Source: a virus (lineage: Duplodnaviria; Caudoviricetes). Taken from it: DNA of 54,310 bases. The stretch spans positions 1 to 54,310 of the IMG/VR virus record IMGVR_UViG_3300020021_000018. One strand, given 5' to 3'. Shown here in pieces: positions 8,190-18,538 of this stretch (positions are counted from its first letter, which is position 1; the number at the start of each line of letters is the position of its first letter). Under the pieces are notes generated by a model. It was not told the DNA's origin. It saw only the letters and a list, made by a program, of their open reading frames with translations, and did no database searches. A program made the translations under genes and the position numbers.

Positions 8190-9647
8190 ATGGCAAGGAG
8201 TCTCGCGGAGGAATTCGCCCAGCTGAGTGAAGCTGAACGCGAGGAATGGATCAATGCCCAACCCGACTGGCTCCTCAAAGAAGTCGCACGAGGCGAATGG
8301 TGGTGGCTTGCCCGGCCTGAACAGGTGCCACCTGAAGGTGACTGGCTTGTGCATCTCGTCCTGGCCGGACGTGGCTTCGGTAAGTCACGCAGCGGATCCG
8401 AGTGGCTTGTGCAGCGGATCCTGGATCACCCCTACGATCGCCACGGCACGCCAACGGAGTGGCTCGTCATCGCGGAGACCTTGAGTGATGCCCGCATCAT
8501 CTGCATCGATGGTCCGGCTGGGATCCTGCGTGTCCTTCAGCGGCGTGAGATCAACTACCGCTATGTCAAGGCGCCTAAGCCGATGATCGTCTTCGTCGAC
8601 TCGGGAGCCAAGATCTACTGCGAGGGTGCGGACAATGCGGACGTAGGTAGAGGATACAACGCAGCAGGGGCATGGTTGGACGAAATATGTAAATGGAAGC
8701 AACCTAGGGCAAGTTGGTACGAAGGAATTATGCCAAGCCTCCGTGCTGATCTCATGGGGGATCATCCACGAGTCTTCGTCACAACCACTCCGAAGCCTGT
8801 CGATATCCTGCGTGAATGGGTGCAGAGAACAGATGGAACTGTCTCTCTAGTGCGAGGCTCCACCTTTGACAATGCCAGCAACCTATCTGAGCATGTCGTT
8901 AAAGAACTACGAACTCGATACGAAGGAACTGCCATTGGACGGCAAGAACTTTATGGAGAACTACTTGAGGCTCTAGACGGAGCAATGTTCTCCCGACTCG
9001 ATATGGAGAACAGCCGCCTATACGAAATCCCGGAGCCGATCCGTTCCACCATTGTCGGAGTAGACCCGAACCTTACCGGCGAAGAAGACGAGATGGGTGT
9101 TGTTGTCCTGGCCAGAGGCAAATCCAATCACATGTACGTCATCGCTGATCGGAGTTCACCGAAGGTGGGGCGTGACGCGGCACGCCATTGCTGGCATGTC
9201 CTACTCGAATACGGTGCCGATGTTCTCCTTTATGAAAGCAACCTCGGAAAGGTGTGGATGAAGGAAGTCCTGTCCGACACCTATTACGAGATGGCTAAAG
9301 AGGGCCTATTCCCGATGGGGACTACGCCACCGATGAAAGCTGTCGACTCTAAGGCCGGGAAGAAGACACGTGCAGAGCCTGTCGCATTGCGCCTGGAGCA
9401 GGGGCGTTTGCACATGATCGGGAGGCATCCGGAGCTGGAGACACAGATGGCTGAATTCGTGCCTGATTCGGGTGGAGATTCGCCTGACCGGATGGATGCC
9501 CTCGTCCACGCGGCACGTCATTTCATGAAGGCGGAGACCCGTGCTTCGAAGACGGCATCACCAGCTGAGGCACTCCAGCGCCTCCAAGATCAGCATGAGG
9601 CTCGCGGATACGTGCCCGAAGATTGGATGAGCCGATACGGGGGTTAG
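8190..9647 (+). CDS. terL: Terminase large subunit
   Basis: Walker A AGRGFGKS, Walker B AWLDE, TTTP coupling motif, nuclease GVDP...SPDRMDA. Confidence 0.95.
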   Translation: MARSLAEEFAQLSEAEREEWINAQPDWLLKEVARGEWWWLARPEQVPPEGDWLVHLVLAGRGFGKSRSGSEWLVQRILDHPYDRHGTPTEWLVIAETLSDARIICIDGPAGILRVLQRREINYRYVKAPKPMIVFVDSGAKIYCEGADNADVGRGYNAAGAWLDEICKWKQPRASWYEGIMPSLRADLMGDHPRVFVTTTPKPVDILREWVQRTDGTVSLVRGSTFDNASNLSEHVVKELRTRYEGTAIGRQELYGELLEALDGAMFSRLDMENSRLYEIPEPIRSTIVGVDPNLTGEEDEMGVVVLARGKSNHMYVIADRSSPKVGRDAARHCWHVLLEYGADVLLYESNLGKVWMKEVLSDTYYEMAKEGLFPMGTTPPMKAVDSKAGKKTRAEPVALRLEQGRLHMIGRHPELETQMAEFVPDSGGDSPDRMDALVHAARHFMKAETRASKTASPAEALQRLQDQHEARGYVPEDWMSRYGG

Positions 9648-9692
9648 CATCCTATGCCCCTATGCGGACAGTATTGATCTAGTCTATGCACT

Positions 9693-10007
9693 ATGCCGAT
9701 CGCGCTGAGCCTGCTCATCACCGCACTAGCGGTTACGCGAGCTACTCGCGTCGTCACAACAGACAAGGTGGGTCTTCCACTGCGTCGATGGATCTTGGTC
9801 CGCAATGGCGATGAGGGCTGGTTCACATTCCTCATCCACTGCAAATACTGCACATCGGTATGGATCTCATTCATGGCATCCCCACTCTGGTGGTGGGCAA
9901 GTGGCTACTCCTTTACACACGTGCGATCCTATTTCTTCATATTCGCCATCGCATTAGCTTTGGCACAATTCGTCGTCGTCACCGCCAAGCTCGATGAGGT
10001 GCCATAG
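9693..10007 (+). CDS. Membrane protein (DUF1360-like)
   Basis: ALAVTRATRVVTTD...CKYCTSVW with hydrophobic helices; lies between terminase and portal. Confidence 0.65.
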   Translation: MPIALSLLITALAVTRATRVVTTDKVGLPLRRWILVRNGDEGWFTFLIHCKYCTSVWISFMASPLWWWASGYSFTHVRSYFFIFAIALALAQFVVVTAKLDEVP

Positions 10008-11872
10008 TGCCAAGGCCTTTTAGCCGGGCTCAGGCTGTTGAGGCGGCGAAGGAGCCACCATCCAGCCACAGCCTCATCGCCTCAGCAGTTGAGGTTTCCT
10101 ACAAGGATCTCGTCTCCTGGCGCACCTACCGCCTCGGACGTGACGAAGTCTGGCAGCGTGAACTTTGGCGCCTCTACGACATCGTTGGCGAGCTTCGATT
10201 CGCCGCCAACTGGATCGGGGCGATGCTCAGTCGTGTCCGGATCTATGTAGCGACCGTTGATGAGCGTGGCGTCATCGGGGCTGAGACGACGGATAAGGAC
10301 ATTCAGGCCCTCGCCGATACGATGCTCGGTGGGCCGGCAGCGAAGGCTGAGTCGCTTCGTCTGATGGGTATCAACTTCACCGTCGGTGGCGAGTTCTACA
10401 TTGTCGGGAAGTCAGGTCGCGGCCAGGACGACGACCAATGGTTCATCATCACCCCGAGTGAATTGTCACGCTGGCAGGGTGGCGTCTTCTACAACTCTGT
10501 CGATGGACCTATCCAGCTCCTCGATAACGTCGACATGATCGTGCGCGTCTGGACTCCGCATCCGCGCTGGATCTGGCTAGCCGACTCCCCGGCACGCGGC
10601 GCGATGAATGTGATCATCGAGCTGGAGCGCCTCACCAAATACATCTTCAGCCAAATCGATTCACGTCTCGTCGGTGGTGGGCTCCTACCCATCCCGAATG
10701 ATATGGACTTCCCCGACGATGACGACTCAAAGGGTGCAGCCGACTCTCTGATGGCGAAGCTGGCTGAAGCCGGCATGGCATCCCTGCGCGGTGAAGGATC
10801 CGCCGCTGGCGTTCTGCCCGTCATCATCGAGGTCCCGACCGACGCCCTCGGGAAGCTTCAGCTGATCAAGTTCGATACCGGCCTATCGGAGCAGGCGGTC
10901 GAGCTACGCAAAGAAGCCATCATGCGCTTCGCCTACTCGATGGACTTCCCACCCGAAGTCATCACCGGGCAGGGCTCCTCCAATCACTGGTCAGCCTGGT
11001 ATATCGACGAGAATGCGATCAAGGTCCATATCGAGCCACTGATGGGGCGCGTCTGTGACGCCCTGACAACGGCCTACCTTCGCCCCGCCCTGAAGGCGAT
11101 GGGTAAGGACCCGAAGCGTTTCACCTACTGGTATGACACATCGGGCCTCACCGCACGCCCGACACGCCTGGAAGATGCCCTCAACCTCTACAAGCAGGGC
11201 CTTCTATCCGGTGAAGCGGTACGCGCGGCCGGCTTCTTCCGCAAGGATGAGGCACCCACCGATGCCGAGCTGGCTTCAATGTTCGGTAAGCAGCTCGCCT
11301 TGATCGACCCGACACAGTTCGCGAATGACGACTATCGCAAGATGATCGGTATCGGACCAGCGATCCTGCCCGAGGGCTCCGTTGTGCCGCCCGTGGCTCC
11401 TGGCCCGCCACCGCCACCGGCACCAGCCCACGGAATCCAGGAAGGTTTGCAGCCGGTCCCGGAGCGCACCACGCCCGATAATCGTCCGACGACGCCTGCT
11501 GTCACGTCTTCCGCAGCAGCCGAGATGGCTGTCACGCTTGCCCTCGTCGCCTCCAGTAACCTCATTGTTCAGCGTGCTCTGGAGGTCGCTGGTGGACGCC
11601 TGATCACCCGTAGCCAGCGCTTCCCGGAGACGCCGAAGGCGGAGATCCACACCAAGATCCGGGTTACCGATCCGGAGAAGGTGACCGAACTCCTCGCAGG
11701 TGCCTGGACCTATGTCCCCGTCCTGGCCGCACAACTCGATGGCCAGGTCGATGAGGCTGAACTAACCGAATGTCTCTACGGATACTGCTCCGCCCTTCTA
11801 CGCACCTCGCAGCCACACGATCCGGAGAATCTTCTGGATGCCCTGCGACGTAAGGGGTTGGTCCATGACTGA
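10007..11872 (+). CDS. Portal protein
   Basis: 621 aa after terminase; YDIVGELRFAANW, DFPPEVITGQGSSNHWSAW motifs of actinophage portals. Confidence 0.85.
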   Translation: MPRPFSRAQAVEAAKEPPSSHSLIASAVEVSYKDLVSWRTYRLGRDEVWQRELWRLYDIVGELRFAANWIGAMLSRVRIYVATVDERGVIGAETTDKDIQALADTMLGGPAAKAESLRLMGINFTVGGEFYIVGKSGRGQDDDQWFIITPSELSRWQGGVFYNSVDGPIQLLDNVDMIVRVWTPHPRWIWLADSPARGAMNVIIELERLTKYIFSQIDSRLVGGGLLPIPNDMDFPDDDDSKGAADSLMAKLAEAGMASLRGEGSAAGVLPVIIEVPTDALGKLQLIKFDTGLSEQAVELRKEAIMRFAYSMDFPPEVITGQGSSNHWSAWYIDENAIKVHIEPLMGRVCDALTTAYLRPALKAMGKDPKRFTYWYDTSGLTARPTRLEDALNLYKQGLLSGEAVRAAGFFRKDEAPTDAELASMFGKQLALIDPTQFANDDYRKMIGIGPAILPEGSVVPPVAPGPPPPPAPAHGIQEGLQPVPERTTPDNRPTTPAVTSSAAAEMAVTLALVASSNLIVQRALEVAGGRLITRSQRFPETPKAEIHTKIRVTDPEKVTELLAGAWTYVPVLAAQLDGQVDEAELTECLYGYCSALLRTSQPHDPENLLDALRRKGLVHD

Positions 11873-12590
11873 CCCCCGGATGCAGCTGGAGGAATCCTTC
11901 GCGAGCAAAGTCTTCAGCGCACTCGCGACGTGGCTGGCGAAGGTGCGCCAAGCAGTCATGTCGGCCTGGAAGGTACACCGCCTACGACCTGACCCTCTTG
12001 CCATCCAGGCCACGAAGCCTATATGGATCCGCCTGGTGGATGGTCTCCAGGAGGAGCTTCGCCGTGCCGCTGATCTGGGCTTCTCGGAGGTGGCGAATCA
12101 GGCTGCCCCTAAGAATGAGCAGCTGATCGAGCAGTCCCTAGCAGCCTCATATCATCTGATGGTGGGGATCCCGGACGAGGTGCAGCAGGAGATCCAGAAG
12201 GAGATCAATGATGCCGTCAATGCCGGAGATTCGCCGGATCGTATTGCCGCCCGGGTCGACGCTCTCCTGGACGCGAACGGATCGCAGCGCTGGCGAAATC
12301 GCGCCCGGACCATTGCAGCCACTGAAATTCACCGTAGCGCTAACAGTGGAGTGCAAGCAGCTGGAATGGCTATTTCCCGACTGGAGTCCGTGCGACTGAA
12401 TAAGAAGTGGGTAACACGCCACGATAATCGGGTCCGTATTACTCATGTCGCAGCCGATCGGCAGGTGGTTCCACTCAATTCGCTATTCACCGTCGGTACT
12501 TCGCGAATGCTGACGCCGGGGGATCCGACAGCACCACCTGAAGAGGTCATCAACTGCCGTTGCTCTATGAGTATTGAGGACGCAACCTGA
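11865..12590 (+). CDS. MuF-like minor head protein
   Basis: RARTIAATE, KKWVTRHDNRVRITH, PGDP..EVINCRC. Confidence 0.85.
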   Translation: MTDPRMQLEESFASKVFSALATWLAKVRQAVMSAWKVHRLRPDPLAIQATKPIWIRLVDGLQEELRRAADLGFSEVANQAAPKNEQLIEQSLAASYHLMVGIPDEVQQEIQKEINDAVNAGDSPDRIAARVDALLDANGSQRWRNRARTIAATEIHRSANSGVQAAGMAISRLESVRLNKKWVTRHDNRVRITHVAADRQVVPLNSLFTVGTSRMLTPGDPTAPPEEVINCRCSMSIEDAT

Positions 12591-14605
12591 TGGCTATCCA
12601 ATGGAGTGGCCCTATTGCCTCCTACGGGAAGCTCACCGGAGATCGTCGTATGTTCGAAAAGATGGGCGATCTCGATACCCGTAGCCTTCCGCTGCCTTTG
12701 CGCTATTCGCCTGATGGCGGGCACAAGAATGCTGTCGATATTGGTGGTATCACCGATATCGATCTGAATAGTAATCCGATCATGGCATCAGGTTTCTTCC
12801 TCCCCGAAGATATCGAGCCATTGGTGAAGCCAGCTACCTATAAGGCACGTGCCGGCATCAATGGCCCTTCCCTGGATATGGATAACTTCAGTGCGGCCCG
12901 GAAGAGGGCACCTGACGGTTCCCCCTATCTGGCGATGCGTGGCAGGGTCATGGCAGCCACCTTGGTCTCCACTCCGGCATTCGCGGATCAGCGCCTCAAT
13001 ATCACCGGCGACGCTTTGACGGCAGCTTCTTGGACTTGGGCTGAGATAGCTGACGAAGATGCTCTAGCCCTCTATGGGGAGGTCCTTCTCGCGTCAGGCG
13101 TCAATGCGCAGGCTTGGCAGGGTCTTCCGGTGGCTCCACGCAATGCCGAGTTCCGGGTCGAGGACGCTATTCAGCGGATCAAGCAGTGGGCTGGTGGTGA
13201 CTCCGCCAAATATGCACGTGCATTCCTCTGGCAGGATCCTCAGATTGATCCTGGTGATATGCGTGCCTATCGCCTCCCGGTGGGCGACATCATCGATGGC
13301 AAACTCACCATGATCTACCACGCGGTGTATGCCGGGGCGGCCCTGATCCAAGGGGCGCACGGTGGTCTACCGTCGATTCCGGATGCGGATAAGGTGCGCC
13401 TTCGCACCATCATCGACAGTATGTATAAGAGAATGAGTCGCGATTTCGACGAGGACCTGGAACCACCATGGGACCAGGGTGCAAAGAATAGGCCTTTGAG
13501 TATGGATACGGATGAGGAAACCCAGCTATCGGTGAAGTCCTCGTGGAACCTGCCGATCGCGTCGGATAACACCACGTGGGATAAGGGTGCCGCCCTGCGC
13601 GCCCTGGACTCGTGGGCCGGCGACGATATGGGTAAGTACGGCTCCGCCTTCCTTTGGAAGGACAGCTCAGCCTCGCCTGTGGAGAAGGGGAGCTTCAAGT
13701 TCCCGATCGCCACCATCATCTCCGGGAACTTGACCATCATCCCGGCCGCTGTGCGTAGTGCGGCGGCACGTGTCTCCGGATCCAATATCCCGCCTGCCGA
13801 CAAGTCGACGATGACGTCAACGATCGCGAGTCTTATGAAGCGTATCCATGGAGGTCAGATGGAGATCTTGGAAGATGGCTTCGTCGCAGGCTCCGGCCCC
13901 CTTGCGCCACCGAAGTCTGTCTTTGATCAGCCGGCACTGACGCGCCACGATTCTCATGTCGAGGTGACGGAGGATGGCCTGGTGCGTGGCTACATCGCAC
14001 AGTGGGATACCTGCCACACAGGTGTCAGTAATGTCTGCACGATGGCCCCGACGTCGAAGCTTGGCTATGCCAAGTTCCATCAGGGAAATGTCCTGACGGC
14101 TGAAGGTGACCTGGTCCCCGTAGGCAAGATCACCATGGATGGCGGACATGCCAATACACGTCTAGGCCTGAAGCCGGCCATCGCACACTACGACGACACC
14201 ACCACAGCTGTCGCTGTCGTTCACGCCTACGAGGATGAGAATGGCATCTCCTACGCCGGGATGATCATGCCCGGCGTATCGGAGGAGAAGATCTTCGCCC
14301 TACGCGCCTCGCCCCTCTCAGGTGACTGGCGCTACGACCGCGACGCCGACAACCTGGAACTCATCGCAGCCTTGGCCGTCAACACTCCCGGCTTCCCGAT
14401 CGTCAACATCACCGCAGGGGTGCAGATGACTCTCCTGGCAGCGGGCATGGTTGCCGAGGAGCCGGAGCCCGCTACCGAGGAGGTTATTGAGCCTGTCGTT
14501 GAGGGGAACGACAATATGGCTCGCCTGGCAGCTATCCTGGCGGCAGATCAGGCGAAGCGTAGCCAGCGACTGGCCACCCTCGCCTCGTACGAACAGGGAG
14601 AATAG
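12590..14605 (+). CDS. Capsid maturation protease with duplicated internal domain
   Basis: N-terminal GDRRMF..LPLPL...ATLVSTPAF; C-terminal GHA...HYD...SPLSGDWR...AVNTPGFP; position before the capsid gene. Confidence 0.75.
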   Translation: MAIQWSGPIASYGKLTGDRRMFEKMGDLDTRSLPLPLRYSPDGGHKNAVDIGGITDIDLNSNPIMASGFFLPEDIEPLVKPATYKARAGINGPSLDMDNFSAARKRAPDGSPYLAMRGRVMAATLVSTPAFADQRLNITGDALTAASWTWAEIADEDALALYGEVLLASGVNAQAWQGLPVAPRNAEFRVEDAIQRIKQWAGGDSAKYARAFLWQDPQIDPGDMRAYRLPVGDIIDGKLTMIYHAVYAGAALIQGAHGGLPSIPDADKVRLRTIIDSMYKRMSRDFDEDLEPPWDQGAKNRPLSMDTDEETQLSVKSSWNLPIASDNTTWDKGAALRALDSWAGDDMGKYGSAFLWKDSSASPVEKGSFKFPIATIISGNLTIIPAAVRSAAARVSGSNIPPADKSTMTSTIASLMKRIHGGQMEILEDGFVAGSGPLAPPKSVFDQPALTRHDSHVEVTEDGLVRGYIAQWDTCHTGVSNVCTMAPTSKLGYAKFHQGNVLTAEGDLVPVGKITMDGGHANTRLGLKPAIAHYDDTTTAVAVVHAYEDENGISYAGMIMPGVSEEKIFALRASPLSGDWRYDRDADNLELIAALAVNTPGFPIVNITAGVQMTLLAAGMVAEEPEPATEEVIEPVVEGNDNMARLAAILAADQAKRSQRLATLASYEQGE

Positions 14606-14608
14606 ATC

Positions 14609-14758
14609 ATGGGATGCTGCGGCAACTCAACACCAGACAACACGATCTGGACCGTCACCCTCCCCAGTGGGGAAACGAAGGAAGTGATCGGTCAGCAGAA
14701 TGCTCTCATCGAGCAGACGCGCGCCGGTGGCGGAACAATCAAGAAGAAGGCGTCATGA
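14609..14758 (+). CDS. Small protein (49 aa, MGCCGNS...)
   Basis: Own translation; GGGAG RBS; ATGA overlap with next gene. Confidence 0.6.
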   Translation: MGCCGNSTPDNTIWTVTLPSGETKEVIGQQNALIEQTRAGGGTIKKKAS

Positions 14759-14991
14759 TCAGTGAAGAGTGGGACAGGTCAACCTTCTGCGCATCCGGCG
14801 AATGCGTCGAAGTTCGCAGATGGAATAAGTCAAGTAGTTGCAGTGGCAACTCTTGTGTAGAAGTTTCACGTGAAGAGGACACGATCTGTGTCCGCCAATC
14901 CGAACTTGGTGACATGATTGTTCTCGGCTTCACTGTTGATGAATGGGAAGCCTTCATCAAGGGCGTCAAGGCCGGAGAGTTCGACCTGTAA
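14755..14991 (+). CDS. DUF397 (BldB-like) protein
   Basis: Two copies of W.KS..C/S...CVEV, then VRQSE...FTVDEWEAFIKGVKAGEFD. Confidence 0.85.
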   Translation: MISEEWDRSTFCASGECVEVRRWNKSSSCSGNSCVEVSREEDTICVRQSELGDMIVLGFTVDEWEAFIKGVKAGEFDL

Positions 14992-15003
14992 CCAGGGAGA
15001 GCA

Positions 15004-15360
15004 ATGCTTCGTTGTTATCGGCATCATTGCCACACCGATCCGCAGGAAATCATCCTGCATGCATTGGAGCAAATCATGGCAGGGCAAGAATCAATCGATG
15101 CGGCAGTCACCGCACTCCAGGACACGGTTGCAAATGTGCTTCCGGTCATCGACGCCATTGTGGCGACAACCAATGACCTGATGGCGGCTGCGGCCAATAT
15201 TCAGGCCGAGATCGCAGCACTCGGAACCCCGGTGAATACAGACGCGCTTGATGCGGCTGTTGCTTCCCTCGGTACCGCTGTCGCCCCACTCCAGGCTGCG
15301 GTCGCACCTCTGGAAGCTGCGCAGGCGGCAGTCGACGCTCTGGAAACTCCGGCCGTCTGA
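15004..15360 (+). CDS. Ala-rich helical/coiled-coil protein
   Basis: 118 aa; GGGAGAG RBS. Confidence 0.6.
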   Translation: MLRCYRHHCHTDPQEIILHALEQIMAGQESIDAAVTALQDTVANVLPVIDAIVATTNDLMAAAANIQAEIAALGTPVNTDALDAAVASLGTAVAPLQAAVAPLEAAQAAVDALETPAV

Positions 15361-15384
15361 TTCTCCCCAGGACGATCGGTTGAT

Positions 15385-15418
15385 GGTGCCCTTATCGTTT
15401 CGTTGCGATAAGGGCACC
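15385..15418. terminator. Hairpin overlapping the probable capsid promoter
   Basis: GGTGCCCTTATCG / CGATAAGGGCACC; TTGCGA (15403) and TACACT (15427) are 18 nt apart. Confidence 0.55.
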
Positions 15419-15551
15419 TCTGCGTCTACACTCCTGCTCAAACGTAGATCAATGCGGCGGTAGGCCACCTTGTTCTAATGAATGGGATCGCTGGCTGTAG
15501 GTCGGATCCGAAAAACGACAGAACATCCGTCCTTTTTTGGGAGCCACAGTC

Positions 15552-17297
15552 ATGGAATTTGAGATCCCCACTGGTGATCTTGCCAATTTCAGCATCACCT
15601 ACCTGCGCAATGTTCGCGGCCAGGCGCGTGCTGAATACAACACTCTTCTCGCATCAGCGCAAGGCCACGCGGACACCGTTCCCGATGAGGAACTGGCACG
15701 CCTGGAAGCGCTACGCGAATTCGAAACCAATGTCGAAACCGAGATCAATGGCCGCTCCGCACGTGAGCAGCGCCTCGCATCCCTCAATATGCTCGAAGAC
15801 GCTCCAGCCCTCGAAGAGGCGGTAGTTGCCTCCGGGACCTCGCACGTCGCGCAGACCGAGACCGTCACCTCCGAAGAAGACGCGGCTGCGGCCCTCGCTG
15901 CGACAGCGCAGGCGCGTACCGCTCCGACGATCGCTGAGATCGCGGCTGCATCCGATACGACCCTCACCGCGAGTGTGCAGGACTCCATCGGAACGCCTGT
16001 CACGATGTCGATGGTGGCATCCTCGGATGTTCCAGGCTTCACCTCCGGCCAGGAACTGCAAACCGTCGAAGACATCGCGCAGGCCTTCGTTGCCCGGACG
16101 GCCGGCTACGCCGGTATGCGTGGCGGAACGAACTACGCCACCCACGGTGTGGCTGTTCTGCGGCGTGACTACCCGGCTGAGCTGACGGTCCAGATGGATG
16201 ACCGGGACCAGGGCATCATGGAGCGCGCCATCAACGACTACCGCCTTCCTGGCGGCTCCCTCCTGGCCGCGACTCGTGTCACGCCGGAAGATGTCGCGGC
16301 TGGTAAGTCTCTGACGGCTGCGGTCGGCTGGTGTTCCCCTTCCACCACCGACTATTCGACCTGTCTCCAGGTCACCACGGAAGGCCTCGCCTCCTTCCCG
16401 GAGGTTGTGGCGGCACGTGGTGGTGTCCGGCATAACACCGGTATCGCCTTCAACGGCATCTGGGCTGGCGGAACGAACTTCTTCAACTACACCGAGGCTC
16501 AGATCATCTCCGGTGTGACAAAGCCCTGCATGGTCGTTGACTGCCCGAGCTTCGTTGATACCCGCCTCGGTGTGACCGGCCTGTGTATCACGGGCAATAT
16601 CCTCCAGAACCGGGCCTACCCGGAGTATGTCGCCACCTTCATCCGTGGCGCGATGGCTGTCTCCGCACACCAGATCAATATGCTTCAGATCGCGGCTGTG
16701 GTTACCGCCTCGACTGCTGTTGACTTGACGGCCTCTGCTCCTTTCGCCGGTGACGGAACTGTCGTTTCGCAGATCTTCGCCGCGATCGATATGGCGATCA
16801 TGGACATCAAGTACAACCTGCGCCTAAGCCCGAACGCGACTCTGGAGGTCAAGCTCCCGATCTGGGTCCTGGCCCAGATGCGTGCCGACTGGTCGCGTCG
16901 CAATGCCGAGTCGAACCCGAATATGGCCGATGCCGCGATCTCCAGCTGGTTCTCGGTCCGTAACGCGGCACCTGACTTCGTCTACGACTGGCAGGACGCT
17001 TTCGCCTCCGGTGGTGCTGGTCTGGGTAACGCGACTCCTCTGACGGCCCTTCCGACGCAGGTTGTCTTCCTCGTCTACCCGACCGGTACCTGGGTCCGTC
17101 TCGTCTCCGACGTGATCACCTTGAACTCGGTCTACGACTCGGCGAAGTTGGCGACGAACCAGGTCACCCAGCTCTTCACGGAGACGGGTTGGGCGATGGC
17201 CCAGATGTGCCCGGTTTCGCGTGCCTACACCGTCAACCTTTGCCCGAGTGGCGAGACGGGTGCGCAGCGCACCTCCTCGAACACGATCGTCTGCTAA
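15552..17297 (+). CDS. Major capsid protein with N-terminal scaffold-like region
   Basis: Coiled-coil N-terminus; LTAAVGWCSPS, P....RGGV, ILQNRAYPE, FVYDWQ, YDSAKLATNQVTQLFTE motifs. Confidence 0.85.
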   Translation: MEFEIPTGDLANFSITYLRNVRGQARAEYNTLLASAQGHADTVPDEELARLEALREFETNVETEINGRSAREQRLASLNMLEDAPALEEAVVASGTSHVAQTETVTSEEDAAAALAATAQARTAPTIAEIAAASDTTLTASVQDSIGTPVTMSMVASSDVPGFTSGQELQTVEDIAQAFVARTAGYAGMRGGTNYATHGVAVLRRDYPAELTVQMDDRDQGIMERAINDYRLPGGSLLAATRVTPEDVAAGKSLTAAVGWCSPSTTDYSTCLQVTTEGLASFPEVVAARGGVRHNTGIAFNGIWAGGTNFFNYTEAQIISGVTKPCMVVDCPSFVDTRLGVTGLCITGNILQNRAYPEYVATFIRGAMAVSAHQINMLQIAAVVTASTAVDLTASAPFAGDGTVVSQIFAAIDMAIMDIKYNLRLSPNATLEVKLPIWVLAQMRADWSRRNAESNPNMADAAISSWFSVRNAAPDFVYDWQDAFASGGAGLGNATPLTALPTQVVFLVYPTGTWVRLVSDVITLNSVYDSAKLATNQVTQLFTETGWAMAQMCPVSRAYTVNLCPSGETGAQRTSSNTIVC

Positions 17298-17309
17298 TTC
17301 GTCAGGAAA

Positions 17310-17337
17310 GGGGGTCAGCTTTCCCCAGCTGGCCCCC
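17310..17337 (+). terminator. Hairpin after the capsid gene
   Basis: GGGGGTCAGCT-ttcccc-AGCTGGCCCCC. Confidence 0.55.
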
Positions 17338-17375
17338 CAGCTCACCACCAACCCTGACGAAAGGAGGGCTGGGAA

Positions 17376-18203
17376 ATGGCAGCAGTTATCCCTCCGGTTC
17401 TTCTACCGGAGTCTCCAAATGCCAACGACCAGCGCTACGGGCTATTCAATGTCGCCAATGGTCCACTCGCCCTGCCGCCCCACGCCGGGGCTGGCGGTAT
17501 CGAATATCAGACGGCGGTCTGTGCATTGCCTTACGGCTACACGGTCAAGTGCCCGACACCGGATGCGAAGACTTTCACCAATCAGCTCGGCCTCACCATC
17601 GGTACCCCATTCGTTGTCGTTGCAGATACCCTTTGCGGCACCTTGGGACATTCGGAGGCGGAGTGGAATCGTTACGCCTTGGAGCGTCTGACCGCTGGCG
17701 AGCAGGCCGTCGTGGAGCTGGTCTTCGGTTCAGGCCTGGACGGGGCTTCGCCTTCCCTGGCCAATAACACGCCTAATGTGACGACACTCCCACCGGCCCT
17801 CACGATTGCCGGTGCTCTGAATGCTTTGGAGGGCTGGCTCTACGCACGCTATGGCCCGACCGGCATTCTGCATATCCCGATCTCGGCTAACTCTTCCGTC
17901 ATGGCCGATTATCACATCTTCCGTGACACGGGTGGGATCATGCGTACCCCAATGGGTACGAAGATTTCTTTCGGTAACTACGGTGGTCTACTACCTGACG
18001 GGACGACTCCGGCTGCTGGACATTCGGCCTTCTACATCACAGGCCAGATGAGTGTGTGGCGCTCGGAGACGCCATTCGTTTCGCCTTACGGGCAGTCGAT
18101 TGATAAGACAACGAATCAGCTGAAGATGTTTGCCGAACGCGAATATGTTCTGGCATATGACTGCTTCGCGGCAGGCATCGACGTAACGCTAGCGATCCCG
18201 TGA
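17376..18203 (+). CDS. Capsid-associated structural protein
   Basis: RYGLF N-terminus and TNQLKMFAEREY C-terminus; directly follows the capsid gene. Confidence 0.6.
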   Translation: MAAVIPPVLLPESPNANDQRYGLFNVANGPLALPPHAGAGGIEYQTAVCALPYGYTVKCPTPDAKTFTNQLGLTIGTPFVVVADTLCGTLGHSEAEWNRYALERLTAGEQAVVELVFGSGLDGASPSLANNTPNVTTLPPALTIAGALNALEGWLYARYGPTGILHIPISANSSVMADYHIFRDTGGIMRTPMGTKISFGNYGGLLPDGTTPAAGHSAFYITGQMSVWRSETPFVSPYGQSIDKTTNQLKMFAEREYVLAYDCFAAGIDVTLAIP

Positions 18204-18529
18204 TGGCTATCGTCTCGCCTCTTCCTCATCAAGTTGAGGAGCATGCCCGGATCCTCCTGGAGGAAGCCGGCGACTATCCGCATCTGGTCGCTACGACGAT
18301 GGATGGCCCAACAGGCTTGGCCTTCATCGTTCCGGACGATATCGCAGAACGCTATTTGGCCCGGATCCATGGGAAGCAAACGGTGAAGCCGAAGGCTGAG
18401 CCGGCTGAGGCGACTCAGGATGATCCCGGCCTGGAAGAGACACCTGAGGAGGTTGCTGTGCCTGCAAAGCGCCGTGGCCGTCCCCCGGGTAGCAAGAACA
18501 AGGCGACGTCAACTGACGGCGCGGACTAA
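18200..18529 (+). CDS. Hypothetical protein with AT-hook-like motif
   Basis: KRRGRPPGSKNK near the C-terminus. Confidence 0.55.
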   Translation: MMAIVSPLPHQVEEHARILLEEAGDYPHLVATTMDGPTGLAFIVPDDIAERYLARIHGKQTVKPKAEPAEATQDDPGLEETPEEVAVPAKRRGRPPGSKNKATSTDGAD

Positions 18530-18538
18530 GGAGCAGCT

